A DNA stretch of 64,000 bases from Gammaproteobacteria bacterium (GTDB taxonomy: Bacteria; Pseudomonadota; Gammaproteobacteria; JAJPIJ01): contig JAJVIQ010000006.1 of assembly GCA_022071965.1 (NCBI GenBank), positions 2,351 through 66,350 of the forward strand, in the 5' to 3' direction. The position numbers and the translations under genes are program-made. The notes under the pieces were generated by a model. That model saw only the letters and a list, made by a program, of their open reading frames with translations. It did no database searches and was not told the origin of the DNA. Shown piece after piece: positions 11,157 to 20,886 of this stretch; position 1 is the first letter of the stretch; each line of letters opens with the position of its first letter.

Positions 11157-12941
11157 CTATCGCTCCGCCGCCGGCAGGGCAAAGACGAGGAACCCGTCGC
11201 CGGTCTTGAAGTTGAACAATGAATTCCCCCCTGCCGCCACCGCCACGTACTGCCGGCCGCGGACTTCATAAACGACAGGCGGGGCGTTGACCCCGGCCTG
11301 CGCCTGGTAGCTCCAGAGGCGCGCGCCGCTGTCGGCGTCGAACGCGCTGAAGCGGCCGTCGCCCTCCCCGGCGAACACCAGGCCGCCCGCGGTGACGGCC
11401 AGCCCGCCCAGCATCGGTTCCGGCGTCTGCCGCTGCCAGCGTATGTGTCCGTCGGCCGTGTCGACGGCCGTCAGCGTGCCGCCGCGCTCGGACTTGGACA
11501 GTTCCACGTACGTGTAGCTCGTCCACGGCATGCCGGCGGTGGGCGTGAGCGGTTTCGTGTAGTACGTCGCGGGATGGTGGACCCCTTCGATGAAGTAGGT
11601 GTGCGTGGTGCTGTCGTACGCGGCCGGCGACCATTGGCCGCCGCCCAGTATCGCTGGCGCGATCTCCACGCCCCCGGCCGTGGGCCGTGCGAAAAGGTTG
11701 TGTTGCGGGACGAACGGGTCGGACTTGTAGAGGAGATCGCCGGTGCGCCGGTCGAGTACATACACCCAGCCGGTCTTGCCGGCGGCGGCGACGGCGGGGA
11801 CCGCGATCCCGTCACGTTGCACGGTGATGAGCACCGGCGGACTGGCGGCATCGTATCCCCAGCGATCGTGCGGCACGAGCTGATACGCCCACTTCAGCCT
11901 GCCGGTGTCGGCGTCCAGGGCCACGACGCTGCTGGTGTAGAGGTTGTCGCCCGGGCGGGTCTGGTCGTCCATCTGCGGGGCGGGGTTGCCGGTGCCGATG
12001 TACAGCGTACGCGTCCCGGCGTCGATTGCCGGCGTGGTCCATATGGAGCCGCCGCCGAGCCGCCACGCATCCCGCCACTTGTCCGCCGCCGCCTTCTCGG
12101 CGTCGATATCCCGGTTCAGCGGCACGCCGTCTGGCGTGCTCGCGCGCCACTGGCCCACCCAGTGCTCGTCCTGCACGGTGTGCCAGCGCCAGAGTTCCCG
12201 GCCGGTCGCCGCGTCGTAGGCCGCCAGGAATCCGCGCAGCCCGTTCTCGCCGCCGGAGAACCCGACGACCGAGAGTGCCGCATCGCCCTTGTCCTTGAGG
12301 TCCAGGTGCAGTCCGTAGCCGGCGCCGGTGATGCCGACGTAGACCTTGCCGTCGAACACCTGCGGCGCCATGTTGGCGCTGTAGCCGGTGCCCCCGGTGA
12401 CGGTCGCGTCCTTGAACAGCGCCTCGCCCAGCAACGGGGCCACCGCCTCGCGGACGCCGGGGTCGGTGTTGGTGATCTCCACGTCCCAGGCGACCGCGCC
12501 GGTGCCCGCGTCGAGCGCGAGCAGGCGGTTGTCGACCGTCGCCATGTAGACCTTGCCGCCCGCGACACCCGCGCCACGGTTGGCAGGTCCGCAGCAGAAC
12601 TCCGACGTGCGCAGGAGGTGGTTGTAGCGCCAGAGCCGCCCGCCGGTGGCGGCATTCAGCGCCAGCACGTCGTTGTAGGGGGTCGTGATGTACATGACGC
12701 CGTCGACCACGATCGGCGTGGTCTGGAACGAGGCCTTCCGGCCGGTCTCGATCTGCCACGCCAGCTGCAGACCGCCGACGTTCGCACGCGTCACCTGCCG
12801 CAGCGGACTGAAGCGGGTGTTGCCGTAGTCGTAGCCATGTAGCGGCCAGTCCCCCTCGCCCGCATGCCCCGCTGAGACCGCCAGCATCGCGAGGCAACCC
12901 GCCGCCGCACGCGCTACCCTCGATCTGGAATTCATGCTCAC
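11157..12941 (-). CDS. PQQ-dependent quinoprotein alcohol dehydrogenase (methanol/ethanol dehydrogenase family), periplasmic
   Basis: Signal peptide, then the repeated PQQ beta-propeller W-motifs (DGVMYITT, GKVYMAT, DGKVYVGI ...) and the vicinal disulfide pair EFCCGPANRG diagnostic of MDH/EDH-type quinoproteins. The start ATG overlaps the yjbQ stop (ATGA). Confidence 0.85.
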   Translation of the reverse strand: MSMNSRSRVARAAAGCLAMLAVSAGHAGEGDWPLHGYDYGNTRFSPLRQVTRANVGGLQLAWQIETGRKASFQTTPIVVDGVMYITTPYNDVLALNAATGGRLWRYNHLLRTSEFCCGPANRGAGVAGGKVYMATVDNRLLALDAGTGAVAWDVEITNTDPGVREAVAPLLGEALFKDATVTGGTGYSANMAPQVFDGKVYVGITGAGYGLHLDLKDKGDAALSVVGFSGGENGLRGFLAAYDAATGRELWRWHTVQDEHWVGQWRASTPDGVPLNRDIDAEKAAADKWRDAWRLGGGSIWTTPAIDAGTRTLYIGTGNPAPQMDDQTRPGDNLYTSSVVALDADTGRLKWAYQLVPHDRWGYDAASPPVLITVQRDGIAVPAVAAAGKTGWVYVLDRRTGDLLYKSDPFVPQHNLFARPTAGGVEIAPAILGGGQWSPAAYDSTTHTYFIEGVHHPATYYTKPLTPTAGMPWTSYTYVELSKSERGGTLTAVDTADGHIRWQRQTPEPMLGGLAVTAGGLVFAGEGDGRFSAFDADSGARLWSYQAQAGVNAPPVVYEVRGRQYVAVAAGGNSLFNFKTGDGFLVFALPAAER

Positions 12942-13357
12942 TCCCCCTGGACGGTGATGACGACCTGCCGCGTGTGTGCGGCGATGCGATGCTCATACAG
13001 ATAAATCCCCTGCCAGGTGCCCAGCCGCAGGCGGCCCGCGCTCACCGGCAGCACGACGCCCGTGTGCGTCAGCACCGAGCGCACGTGCGCGGGCATGTCA
13101 TCGCGCCCCTCGGCCGTATGCCCGAAGAGGCGATCGCCGTCCGGCACCAGCCGGGCGAGATAGGCCTCCAGGTCGTACCGCACCTGCGGGTCGGCGTTCT
13201 CGCAGACGATGAGCGAGGCGCTGGTGTGGCTCACGAAAACGTGGCAGGTGCCGAGGCGCACGCCACTCGCCCCGACGACGCGTTCGATCTCCGTGGTCAC
13301 GTCGTGCGCGCCGCGTCCACCGGTACGGATGCTGATGGATTCCTGCGCGACCGTCAT
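12938..13357 (-). CDS. yjbQ: YjbQ/UPF0047 family protein (secondary thiamine-phosphate synthase-like)
   Basis: MTVAQESISIRTGGRGAHDVTTEIERVV...HVFVSHTSASL...GIYLYEHR has YjbQ-family signatures. Only the C-terminal 139 aa of the ORF-track 379-aa ORF are real. ATGA-coupled on both sides. Confidence 0.75.
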   Translation of the reverse strand: MTVAQESISIRTGGRGAHDVTTEIERVVGASGVRLGTCHVFVSHTSASLIVCENADPQVRYDLEAYLARLVPDGDRLFGHTAEGRDDMPAHVRSVLTHTGVVLPVSAGRLRLGTWQGIYLYEHRIAAHTRQVVITVQGE

Positions 13358-14394
13358 GCAGGCGAAGGCGGCTTCAGCGTGAAGACCGGCATGACCTCGC
13401 CCGTGATCACCCCCCGCCAGTTGCGGATGGGCGGCCGCGCATGGCATTCCAGCGGCGTGTCGGCGAGCTCGCCCACCAGCCCGAGCTGACGCAGCGTCTC
13501 GACGATGGCGACGTGCAGGGCGCGAGCCGCCCCGTCCGCGATCTTGATGGCGATCCCGATCTCGCGCCCCCGCACCAGCATCGCGTGCACCGCCTCGGCC
13601 CCGCTCTTCGGCACGAAATCGCCGTGGCCGGCATGCGCCAGGGCGAGGTCTACGCGCTTGATGCCCGAGACCATCTCCGGGTGCGCCACCATGGATTCGA
13701 CGATGGTTCGCGGCGCCTCGCCGTATGGTCCGCCGGGCTGGGCGCGCCCGAGGCGCGCGTAGGCGCGGGCCAGCGCCGCCAGCGGCAGCGCGAAGTTGGG
13801 TGCGCTGCAGCCATCGATGCCGACCACGAGCTCTGCCGCGGGGACGCCGCTGAAATGCGCCACCGCGGCGCGTATCGCCTGCTGAACCGGGTGATCGATC
13901 TCCACATAGCTGTCGATCGGGGCCCCGAGCAGCCCGCTCAGCGCCAGCATGCCGGTGTGCTTGCCGGAGCAGTTGTGGTGCACGGGCGCATAGACGTCCT
14001 CGGCGCGGGGCCGGATGTCCATGGCCTCGAAGTACAGCGGCGGATGCGTGCCGCACATCAGGTCCTGCTGCCTGCATCCAATCTTGCGCAGCATCTCCGC
14101 CACCGTCTCGGCGTGCCGCGGTTCGCCGGAATGACTGGCGCAGCAGAGCGCGATCTCGCGACTGTCGAAGTCAAGCCGGGAGAACTGCGGATGCGCGATG
14201 AGCGGCATGGCCTGGAAGGGCTTGAGGCTGGAGCGCGGGAAGACGACGGCCTGGCTGTCACCGCAGGCGTGCAGGGTGCGGCCGTCGGCATTCACCACCG
14301 CGATCGAACCGAAATGCACCGCCTCGACGATGCCGCCGCGCGTGGCCACCGCGAGCGGGACATGCCCCGGAAGCTGCGGCGCGACGACCGTCAC
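13354..14394 (-). CDS. Asparaginase II family protein (PF06089-like)
   Basis: 346 aa containing ...SSLKPFQAMPLIAH...CCASHSGEPRHAETV...HHNCSGKHTGML...GIDGCSAPNFALPL, the conserved blocks of the asparaginase_II family. Confidence 0.7.
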   Translation of the reverse strand: MTVVAPQLPGHVPLAVATRGGIVEAVHFGSIAVVNADGRTLHACGDSQAVVFPRSSLKPFQAMPLIAHPQFSRLDFDSREIALCCASHSGEPRHAETVAEMLRKIGCRQQDLMCGTHPPLYFEAMDIRPRAEDVYAPVHHNCSGKHTGMLALSGLLGAPIDSYVEIDHPVQQAIRAAVAHFSGVPAAELVVGIDGCSAPNFALPLAALARAYARLGRAQPGGPYGEAPRTIVESMVAHPEMVSGIKRVDLALAHAGHGDFVPKSGAEAVHAMLVRGREIGIAIKIADGAARALHVAIVETLRQLGLVGELADTPLECHARPPIRNWRGVITGEVMPVFTLKPPSPA

Positions 14395-14963
14395 GGCAAC
14401 CGAACCAGGACTTCGTCCACCGGTTTGCGTGCCGTGGCCGGCACCTCGGCCGCGTAGCCGTACCAGAACAGCCCGACCACGGTCTCACGCTCCGGGTCGA
14501 TCCAGGTCAGCTCGAAGAAGCGCGGGTCACGCACCACCTGGCCGGTCGTCCACTTCGCACCGACACCGGCGCTCCAGAGATACAGCAGCATGTTCTGCGC
14601 CGCGCAGCAGCAGGCGGCATAATCCTCCTGCGCGCGCACCGGGTCCTCCGATCGCTCGCAGGTGAGCAGCAGCCAGCCAGGCACGGCGCGCCACCGCTTC
14701 CGTTTCCGCTCGGCGCCGGCGGCGTCGCCGCTCGCGGCGATCAACTCGGCATTAAGATCGGCGATGGCATCGGCGGTCTCGCGCCCGAGCAGGTAGAAAT
14801 GCCAGGGCTCCGTCAGGCGGTGGTTGGGCGCCCAGCGCGCCGCGTCGATCGCGGCGTGGATCAGCTCCTGCGGCGGGAGCCCGGACGTGAAGTCGTGGAT
14901 CGTGCGGCGCGTCGACAGCAGATGCGCGACGATCTCCGGCGAGAGCCTGGGTTTGGGTTCCAT
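14391..14963 (-). CDS. Nitroreductase family protein
   Basis: RRTIHDFTSGLPPQELIHAAIDAARWAPNHRLTEPWHFYLL is the NfnB/nitroreductase fold signature. The stop overlaps the asparaginase II start (ATGA), making it the first gene of a five-gene minus-strand operon. Confidence 0.8.
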   Translation of the reverse strand: MEPKPRLSPEIVAHLLSTRRTIHDFTSGLPPQELIHAAIDAARWAPNHRLTEPWHFYLLGRETADAIADLNAELIAASGDAAGAERKRKRWRAVPGWLLLTCERSEDPVRAQEDYAACCCAAQNMLLYLWSAGVGAKWTTGQVVRDPRFFELTWIDPERETVVGLFWYGYAAEVPATARKPVDEVLVRLP

Positions 14964-14991
14964 GTATCTGATCCGATCGGGGCCGTTGGTC

Positions 14992-15423
14992 TCACCGTTC
15001 CGCGGTCAGCCGCTCCAGGATGAGGCCGTGGAAGACCGCCGCGCCACCCTGGTAACGCCAGCCGACATGTCCGCCGCACTGCGCGCAGAGCGCGATCTGC
15101 CAGCAATAGCCCGCGAACCAGGTGTGTTCGGCGACCGGACCGCCGACCGCCCGGCAGCCGGCGGCGTCACGAAAACACCCGATCTCGTAGACCCAGCCCG
15201 AGGGATTGGCGAAGCGATGGGCGTGGCTGCCGGCAACCACGATGCGCTGCTCGGCCTCGGTGATGGCGTGTCCGCATCGGGCGCAGCGCAGCCGCCGCCG
15301 CGAGCCGCGTCTGGTCCCGGCGTCCCGGTCGCATTCCCGGACGCCAAGCTCGAATGCCCCCCTCTCCAGGCAATGCCTGGCCGCCGGAATCCCGTACCGC
15401 CCAACCTGTCGCACACGCTGCAT
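14992..15423 (-). CDS. CULT (cereblon-like, beta-tent fold) zinc-binding domain protein
   Basis: Two CxxC pairs about 60 aa apart (CARCGH ... CAQCGGHVGWRY), with the C-terminal HxGW motif and three Trp residues (HTWFAGYCW, VGW) reminiscent of the cereblon thalidomide-binding aromatic cage. It lacks the MsrB catalytic RYCINS motif. Confidence 0.45.
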   Translation of the reverse strand: MQRVRQVGRYGIPAARHCLERGAFELGVRECDRDAGTRRGSRRRLRCARCGHAITEAEQRIVVAGSHAHRFANPSGWVYEIGCFRDAAGCRAVGGPVAEHTWFAGYCWQIALCAQCGGHVGWRYQGGAAVFHGLILERLTAER

Positions 15424-15462
15424 GCGCGGATCATAACGCCGATGGCGCGCATGGCGACCGCT

Positions 15463-16248
15463 TCAGCCCATGAGCATGCGGATGCCGATGGTCGCCAGGA
15501 CCGTCGCAAAGATCCAGCGCAGCGCGGTGATGGGGATCGCGTGTGCCACCCGCGCCCCGAACGGCGCGAAGATCACGCTCGCCAGTCCGGTCACGACGAC
15601 CGCCGGCCAGTAGACGTATCCGGTCGCCCCCGCTGGCAGGCCGGCCGTGTGCAGGCCGGCGAACACGTGGCTGGCGGTGGCGGCCACCGCGATCGGCAGG
15701 CCGCAGGCGGCCGAGGTCGCGACCGCCTGACGGATCCCGACGTTGCACCACACGAGGAATGGCACGGTCATCGTGCCGCCGCCTATCCCCAGCACCGCGG
15801 AGAGCCCGCCGATGCCCGCGCCGACGGCCGCCATCCTTCCCGGGGATGGCAACATGCGCGTCGGCCTCGCCTGGAATCCGAAGGCAAGCTGCGCGGCGAT
15901 GAGAAGCTCGAACAGCCCGAAGAAGACGCGCAGGGCGCCGCCCGGCAGGTGATCCGCCAGCACGCCCCCCGCGAGACTGCCGATCACGATGCCCGGAGCG
16001 AAACGCGCAACCGCGGGCCACTGCACGGCGCCGTGGCGGTGATGCGCCCAGGCCGAGACGGTCGCCGTCAGCACGACCGTGGCGAGCGACGTGCCTACGG
16101 CCATGTGCATGATCGCCTCGGGCAGGAACCCCAGTCCCCGAAAGATGAAGAACAGCGCCGGCACCACGACGATGCCGCCGCCCAGGCCCAGCAGGCCGCC
16201 GAGAAATCCCGCAAACACGCCGAGCAGCAGATAAATGAGTATCGTCAT
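15463..16248 (-). CDS. TauE/SafE family sulfite/anion exporter (membrane)
   Basis: 261 aa, highly hydrophobic with two internal repeats, each carrying a GxGGG motif (GLGGGIVVVP, GIGGGTMTVP). Only the C-terminal portion of the ORF-track 1051-aa ORF is real, and the start is taken at MTILIYLL (16248). Confidence 0.8.
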   Translation of the reverse strand: MTILIYLLLGVFAGFLGGLLGLGGGIVVVPALFFIFRGLGFLPEAIMHMAVGTSLATVVLTATVSAWAHHRHGAVQWPAVARFAPGIVIGSLAGGVLADHLPGGALRVFFGLFELLIAAQLAFGFQARPTRMLPSPGRMAAVGAGIGGLSAVLGIGGGTMTVPFLVWCNVGIRQAVATSAACGLPIAVAATASHVFAGLHTAGLPAGATGYVYWPAVVVTGLASVIFAPFGARVAHAIPITALRWIFATVLATIGIRMLMG

Positions 16249-16467
16249 GCGGGGTTCGAGTCTCCGTGGGGCACGGGGCGAGTGGCACCGGGATGCAGCC
16301 GGCGAGATGATCGCAGCCCTCGCTGCCGATTCGCGCGGCCGTTGCGATGAGGCGATGACCGCTCGCGGCGCATGGAACTCTCCTAACACCGGCCGCAATG
16401 GCGCGGCGCAGTGACCATCCCACGTCGACGTCTTGTGCGCAAGCCACATGCCGGCAACAATTAGCGC

Positions 16468-18495
16468 ATGCGTGTCCATCGCCTGCCGCCATGGCGGCGC
16501 CAACCGGGTCGCGCCATCGTGCTGCTCTGCGCCCTGAGCACGGGCGCGACGGGACCGGCGTCCGCAGCCACCGACGGGGTGCGCGAGCAGTTCCGCCGCG
16601 CCTACACCGCCTTCCAGTCCGGGGATCCTGCCAAGGGCGAGAGCCTGAGCGAGGGCCTGGAGGGCTACCTGCTCTACCCGCACCTGCGTTACGAATCCCT
16701 GCGGCGCGGGCTGGAGAAGCGCGGGGTCGAGCCAGCGCGCGCGGTGGTGCGGCAGTTCCTCACGGAATACGGCGGAACGATGGTCGGTGAGCGCCTGCGT
16801 ACCCAATGGCTGACGATGCTCGCCAGGCAGGGCCGATGGCCGGATTTTCTCGCCGACTACGCTCCCCAGCCGAAGACCCCGCTGCGCTGCGCACACATCC
16901 AGGCACTGGTGGCGGTTGATCGCGCGCCGGAGTCGCTCGAGGCCGAGGCCCTCGAACTGTGGATGACCGGGGAGTCCCTGCCGCCGGAGTGCGACGCCGT
17001 CGACGACTGGCTCGGCCGCCGGGGCGCGTTGGCCGCGGACACCGTGCTGCGCCGCCTCGGCCTGGCGCTCGACGAAGGCAACACCGCCCTGGCGCAACAA
17101 CTGGCGCGCGCACTTCCCGAATGGGATCCGCCATTGCTGAAGATCTGGCAGGACGTCGCCGGCGACCCCCAGAAGCATCTCGGCAACCCGCTGTTGCGTG
17201 CCGACACGCCGATCACGCGCGCCATCGTGCGCAGCGGCATGGAGCGGCTCGCGCGCCGCAATGCCGGGAAGGCCTCCACCGAGTGGCAGAAGCGGGGCGA
17301 GGGTTACCAGTACAGCGCCGCGGAGCGGGGACGCATCGCCGCGAACATTGCCATGGCCGCCGTGCGTCAGGAGCACCCCGATGCGCTGCCGATCCTTGAC
17401 GAGGTCCCGGACGGGTACGCAAGCGCGGACCTGCAGCGCGCGCAGCTGATGGCGGCGCTCGAGCACCGCGACTGGAGTCGCGTCGAGCGCTGGACCACGC
17501 GGCCTGCCGCCGAGGACATGAACGCCTCGCGCTGGATGTACTGGCGCGCCCGCGCGCTGCAGAATCTCGGCAGACAGGACGAGGGCGAGACGATCTTCCG
17601 GCAGCTGGCCCGGGAGCGCGATTATTACGGACTGATGTCGGCCGGTATCCTCGGCGTCCCCTACAGCTTCAATCACCGGCCACTGCCCGTTTCCGCGGCG
17701 CAGGTGGACACCTTCCTGAGCAGGCCGGGGATCGAGCGGGCGCGCGAGCTGCACGTCCTGGAGCTCGACGCGCCGGCGCGGGCGGAATGGACATTCGAGA
17801 TCGCCAGCCTGGACAAGCGGGGCCTCATGGAGGCGGCGGCCGCGGCGCACCGGCTGCAGTGGTACGACCGCGCGATCGCCTCGCTCGGCAAGGCCAAGGA
17901 ATACGACGATCTCGAGGTGCGATTCCCGCTCGGCTACACCGACGTCGTCGAGCGCTACGCGCGCGAGCGCAACCTCGAGCCGGCGGTGATGCTGAGCTTC
18001 ATCCGCTCCGAGAGCGCGTTCAATGAACTGGCCCGCTCGCCCGCCGGGGCGCTCGGCCTGATGCAGGTCATGCCCGCGACCGGCAAGCTGACCGCCAGGC
18101 GCATCGGACTGTCTTCGCACACGACCCCGGATCTGCTGCGCGCGCAGCCCAACGTGATGATCGGGTCGGCCTACCTGCGCGACATGCTGGACAGGCACGG
18201 CGGCAATCTCGCGATGGCGGCGGCCGCGTACAATGCCGGCCCGCTCCGGGTGAAGAAATGGCGGCCGATGCGCGATTGCATCGAGGCCGACATATGGGTG
18301 GACACGATCCCGTTCACCGAGACGCGCCGCTACGTGCGCAACATCCTCTTCTACACCGCGCTCTACGAGATGCGCCTGCAGGAGAGGGTCCGGCCGCTGC
18401 GCGAGCGCGTGGCGTTCGTCGCCGCGGAGAGCAACGCCCCGGCCAGCTGCGGGGCCGGCCCCGGGCTTGCACAGGCGGGGCATGGATGGCCGTGA
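16468..18495 (+). CDS. slt: Soluble lytic murein transglycosylase (Slt70 family)
   Basis: Signal peptide and a long alpha-superhelical region are followed by the catalytic lysozyme-like domain ...FIRSESAFNELARSPAGALGLMQVMPATG...AAYNAGPLRVKKW. Confidence 0.85.
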   Translation: MRVHRLPPWRRQPGRAIVLLCALSTGATGPASAATDGVREQFRRAYTAFQSGDPAKGESLSEGLEGYLLYPHLRYESLRRGLEKRGVEPARAVVRQFLTEYGGTMVGERLRTQWLTMLARQGRWPDFLADYAPQPKTPLRCAHIQALVAVDRAPESLEAEALELWMTGESLPPECDAVDDWLGRRGALAADTVLRRLGLALDEGNTALAQQLARALPEWDPPLLKIWQDVAGDPQKHLGNPLLRADTPITRAIVRSGMERLARRNAGKASTEWQKRGEGYQYSAAERGRIAANIAMAAVRQEHPDALPILDEVPDGYASADLQRAQLMAALEHRDWSRVERWTTRPAAEDMNASRWMYWRARALQNLGRQDEGETIFRQLARERDYYGLMSAGILGVPYSFNHRPLPVSAAQVDTFLSRPGIERARELHVLELDAPARAEWTFEIASLDKRGLMEAAAAAHRLQWYDRAIASLGKAKEYDDLEVRFPLGYTDVVERYARERNLEPAVMLSFIRSESAFNELARSPAGALGLMQVMPATGKLTARRIGLSSHTTPDLLRAQPNVMIGSAYLRDMLDRHGGNLAMAAAAYNAGPLRVKKWRPMRDCIEADIWVDTIPFTETRRYVRNILFYTALYEMRLQERVRPLRERVAFVAAESNAPASCGAGPGLAQAGHGWP

Positions 18496-18544
18496 GCAGC
18501 CGGCCGCGCCTCGCCGCGTAGAGGCCCTCAGTCTGGAGGCATCG

Positions 18545-19516
18545 ATGCAGATCCATAGCGTTTGCGTACTGGGAGGCAGCGGCTTCGTCGGCAGCCACCT
18601 CGTCAACCGCCTGCACATGGAGGGTTGCCGCGTGCGCGTGCTGACCCGTCACCGCGAGCGCAGCCGCCACCTGCTGGTGATCCCCACCGTGGAGGTCGTC
18701 GAGGTCGACGTCCACGACCCGATGCGGCTGCGCGAGGCGATGGGCGGGTCCGATGCCGTCATCAACCTGGTGGGGATCCTCAACGAGCGCGGCGACCAGG
18801 GACGCGGCTTCCACAAGGCGCACGTCGAGCTCACGACGCGCGTCATCGACGCCTGCAAACGCAACGGCACCAGACGTCTGCTGCACATGAGCGCACTGCA
18901 CGCCGCGCCGCAGGGCCCGAGCAACTATCTGCGCAGCAAGGGTATCGCCGAGGACCACGTCATGGCCGCCGGCAGCGCCGGGCTGCAGGTGACGGTGTTC
19001 CGGCCCTCGGTCATCTTCGGACCGGGGGACAGCTTTCTGAACCGCTTCGCGCGCCTGCTGCGCCTGTCCCCGGTGCTGCCGCTGGCCAAGCCGAATGCCC
19101 GCTTCGCGCCAGTCTTCGTCGGCGACGTCGTGGAGGCCTACGCGCGCGCGCTGCGCGACAAGGCGACCTTCGGCAGGCGCTACGACCTGTGCGGGCCACG
19201 CATCTACAGCCTGCGCGAGCTGGTCCTTTACACCCGCGAATTGATACGGTCGCGCACAATCGTCATCGGCCTGGGGGAGACGCTTTCACGCCTGCAGGCC
19301 GGCGTCATGGAATACGTACCCGGCAAGCCGCTGTCGCGCGACAACCTGCGATCGCTCAGCATCGACAGCGTATGCAGCGGCGAGAATGGCCTGATGACGC
19401 TGGGGATCACTCCTGCCCCGCTGGAGACCATCGCGCCACAGTACCTGGCGCACCGCTACTCGCGGGCGCGCTACGCCGAATATCGCAGCGAGGCCGGCCG
19501 CGCACGCGCCTATTGA
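18545..19516 (+). CDS. NAD(P)H-binding SDR protein of the complex I NDUFA9-like family
   Basis: MQIHSVCVLGGSGFVGSHLVNRL is a Rossmann GxxGxxG motif, followed by ...MSALHA...YLRSKG, the YxxxK catalytic motif of the NDUFA9/NmrA-like subfamily. The start is at ATG 18545 inside the longer ORF-track ORF. Confidence 0.7.
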   Translation: MQIHSVCVLGGSGFVGSHLVNRLHMEGCRVRVLTRHRERSRHLLVIPTVEVVEVDVHDPMRLREAMGGSDAVINLVGILNERGDQGRGFHKAHVELTTRVIDACKRNGTRRLLHMSALHAAPQGPSNYLRSKGIAEDHVMAAGSAGLQVTVFRPSVIFGPGDSFLNRFARLLRLSPVLPLAKPNARFAPVFVGDVVEAYARALRDKATFGRRYDLCGPRIYSLRELVLYTRELIRSRTIVIGLGETLSRLQAGVMEYVPGKPLSRDNLRSLSIDSVCSGENGLMTLGITPAPLETIAPQYLAHRYSRARYAEYRSEAGRARAY

Positions 19517-19648
19517 TGCGCCGGCGCCCCTGCAGCGGCCGCGGCGCGTCACCGGCGCGGACGACCGGCGATCGCGTGGCGATGCGCCGGCCTCACCGGG
19601 GCCCGCCCCGGATCCGATGACTGCCGCCCGGCCATGACTCCGCCCACG

Positions 19649-20872
19649 ATGCAGGTTTACCGGGTCGGCGGCGCCGTGCGCGACCGGCTGCTCGGCGAGC
19701 CGGTGCAGGACTGCGACTGGGTGGTGGTCGGCGCCACGCCTGCACAGATGGAGGCGCTGGGCTACAAACCGGTCGGCCGTGACTTTCCGGTCTTTCTTCA
19801 CCCCGTCACCGGCGAGGAGTACGCCCTCGCCCGTACGGAGCGGAAGTCCGGCCGCGGCTACAAGGGCTTCCTCGTGCACGCCTCCCCGGAGGTCACGCTC
19901 GAGGAGGATCTGCGCCGCCGCGACCTGACCATCAACGCGATGGCGGAGGCCGAGGACGGCACGCTCGTCGATCCCTACAACGGCCAGGCGGACCTGATGG
20001 CCGGCCTTCTTCGCCACGTTTCCCCGGCATTCGTCGAGGACCCTCTGCGCGTGCTGCGCGTGGCCCGATTCGCGGCCCGTTTCGGATTCCGCGTCGCCGG
20101 GGAGACCATGGAGCTCATGCGTGCGATGAGCGCGGGCGGCGAACTGGCCGATCTCACGCCCGAGCGCGTCTGGCAGGAACTCGAGCGCGCGCTCGGCGAG
20201 TCGCGGCCACGCCGGTTCCTGGAGGTGCTGCGGGACTGCGGTGCGCTGGCCGTGCTCTTTCCCGAGATCGACCGGCTGTTCGGGGTGCCGCAGCGCACGG
20301 ACTATCATCCGGAGGTCGACACCGGCGTGCATCTGCTGATGGTCATGGACCAGGCAACGCAACTGTCGCGCGAGGCCTCCGTGCGCTTCGCCGCGCTCAC
20401 CCATGACCTCGGCAAGGGCACGACCCCCGCGGACGTGCTGCCCAGGCATTACGGCCACGAGGAACGCAGCGTCGAGCTGCTGCGTGCGCTGTGCCGTCGA
20501 TACCGGGTGCCCAACCGCTTTCGCGACCTGGCGCTCATCGTCGCCCGCTACCACGGCATCTGTCACCGTATCGACGGCGTCAAGGCGTCCACCGTGCTCA
20601 AGCTGCTGCAGGGCTGCGATGCGTTCCGCCGGCCGGATCGCTTCGAGCTGTTCCTGCTCGCGTGCGAGGCGGACTTTCGCGGTCGCCTCGGGCTCGAGGA
20701 TCGGCCCTACCCGCAGGCCGCGTTTCTGCGCGCCGCGCTGCGGGCGGCACGGGACGTGGATGCCGGCACCCTGCGGGCCATGGGGCTGGATGGCGAGGAC
20801 TTTGCAGAGGAATTGCGGAAGCGGCGCATCCATGCCATCGGCGACGCGCGCCGAGCCGACACCAGCCGCTGA
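19649..20872 (+). CDS. cca: Multifunctional CCA-adding tRNA nucleotidyltransferase with an HD phosphohydrolase domain
   Basis: [31 protein letters not shown]...DLTINAMA is the class II NTase head, followed by an HD domain (HLLMVMD...THDLGK). An alternative start lies 15 nt upstream (19634). Confidence 0.9.
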   Translation: MQVYRVGGAVRDRLLGEPVQDCDWVVVGATPAQMEALGYKPVGRDFPVFLHPVTGEEYALARTERKSGRGYKGFLVHASPEVTLEEDLRRRDLTINAMAEAEDGTLVDPYNGQADLMAGLLRHVSPAFVEDPLRVLRVARFAARFGFRVAGETMELMRAMSAGGELADLTPERVWQELERALGESRPRRFLEVLRDCGALAVLFPEIDRLFGVPQRTDYHPEVDTGVHLLMVMDQATQLSREASVRFAALTHDLGKGTTPADVLPRHYGHEERSVELLRALCRRYRVPNRFRDLALIVARYHGICHRIDGVKASTVLKLLQGCDAFRRPDRFELFLLACEADFRGRLGLEDRPYPQAAFLRAALRAARDVDAGTLRAMGLDGEDFAEELRKRRIHAIGDARRADTSR

Positions 20873-20886
20873 GCCGAGGAACGCCC

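Noticed and set aside
14992-15423. Methionine sulfoxide reductase B for the CxxC...CxxC protein
   Set aside because: MsrB shares the beta-tent fold and zinc site, but the catalytic Cys in the RYCINS motif and the HLGHVFxDGP block are absent, while the CULT-type GW and Trp residues are present.
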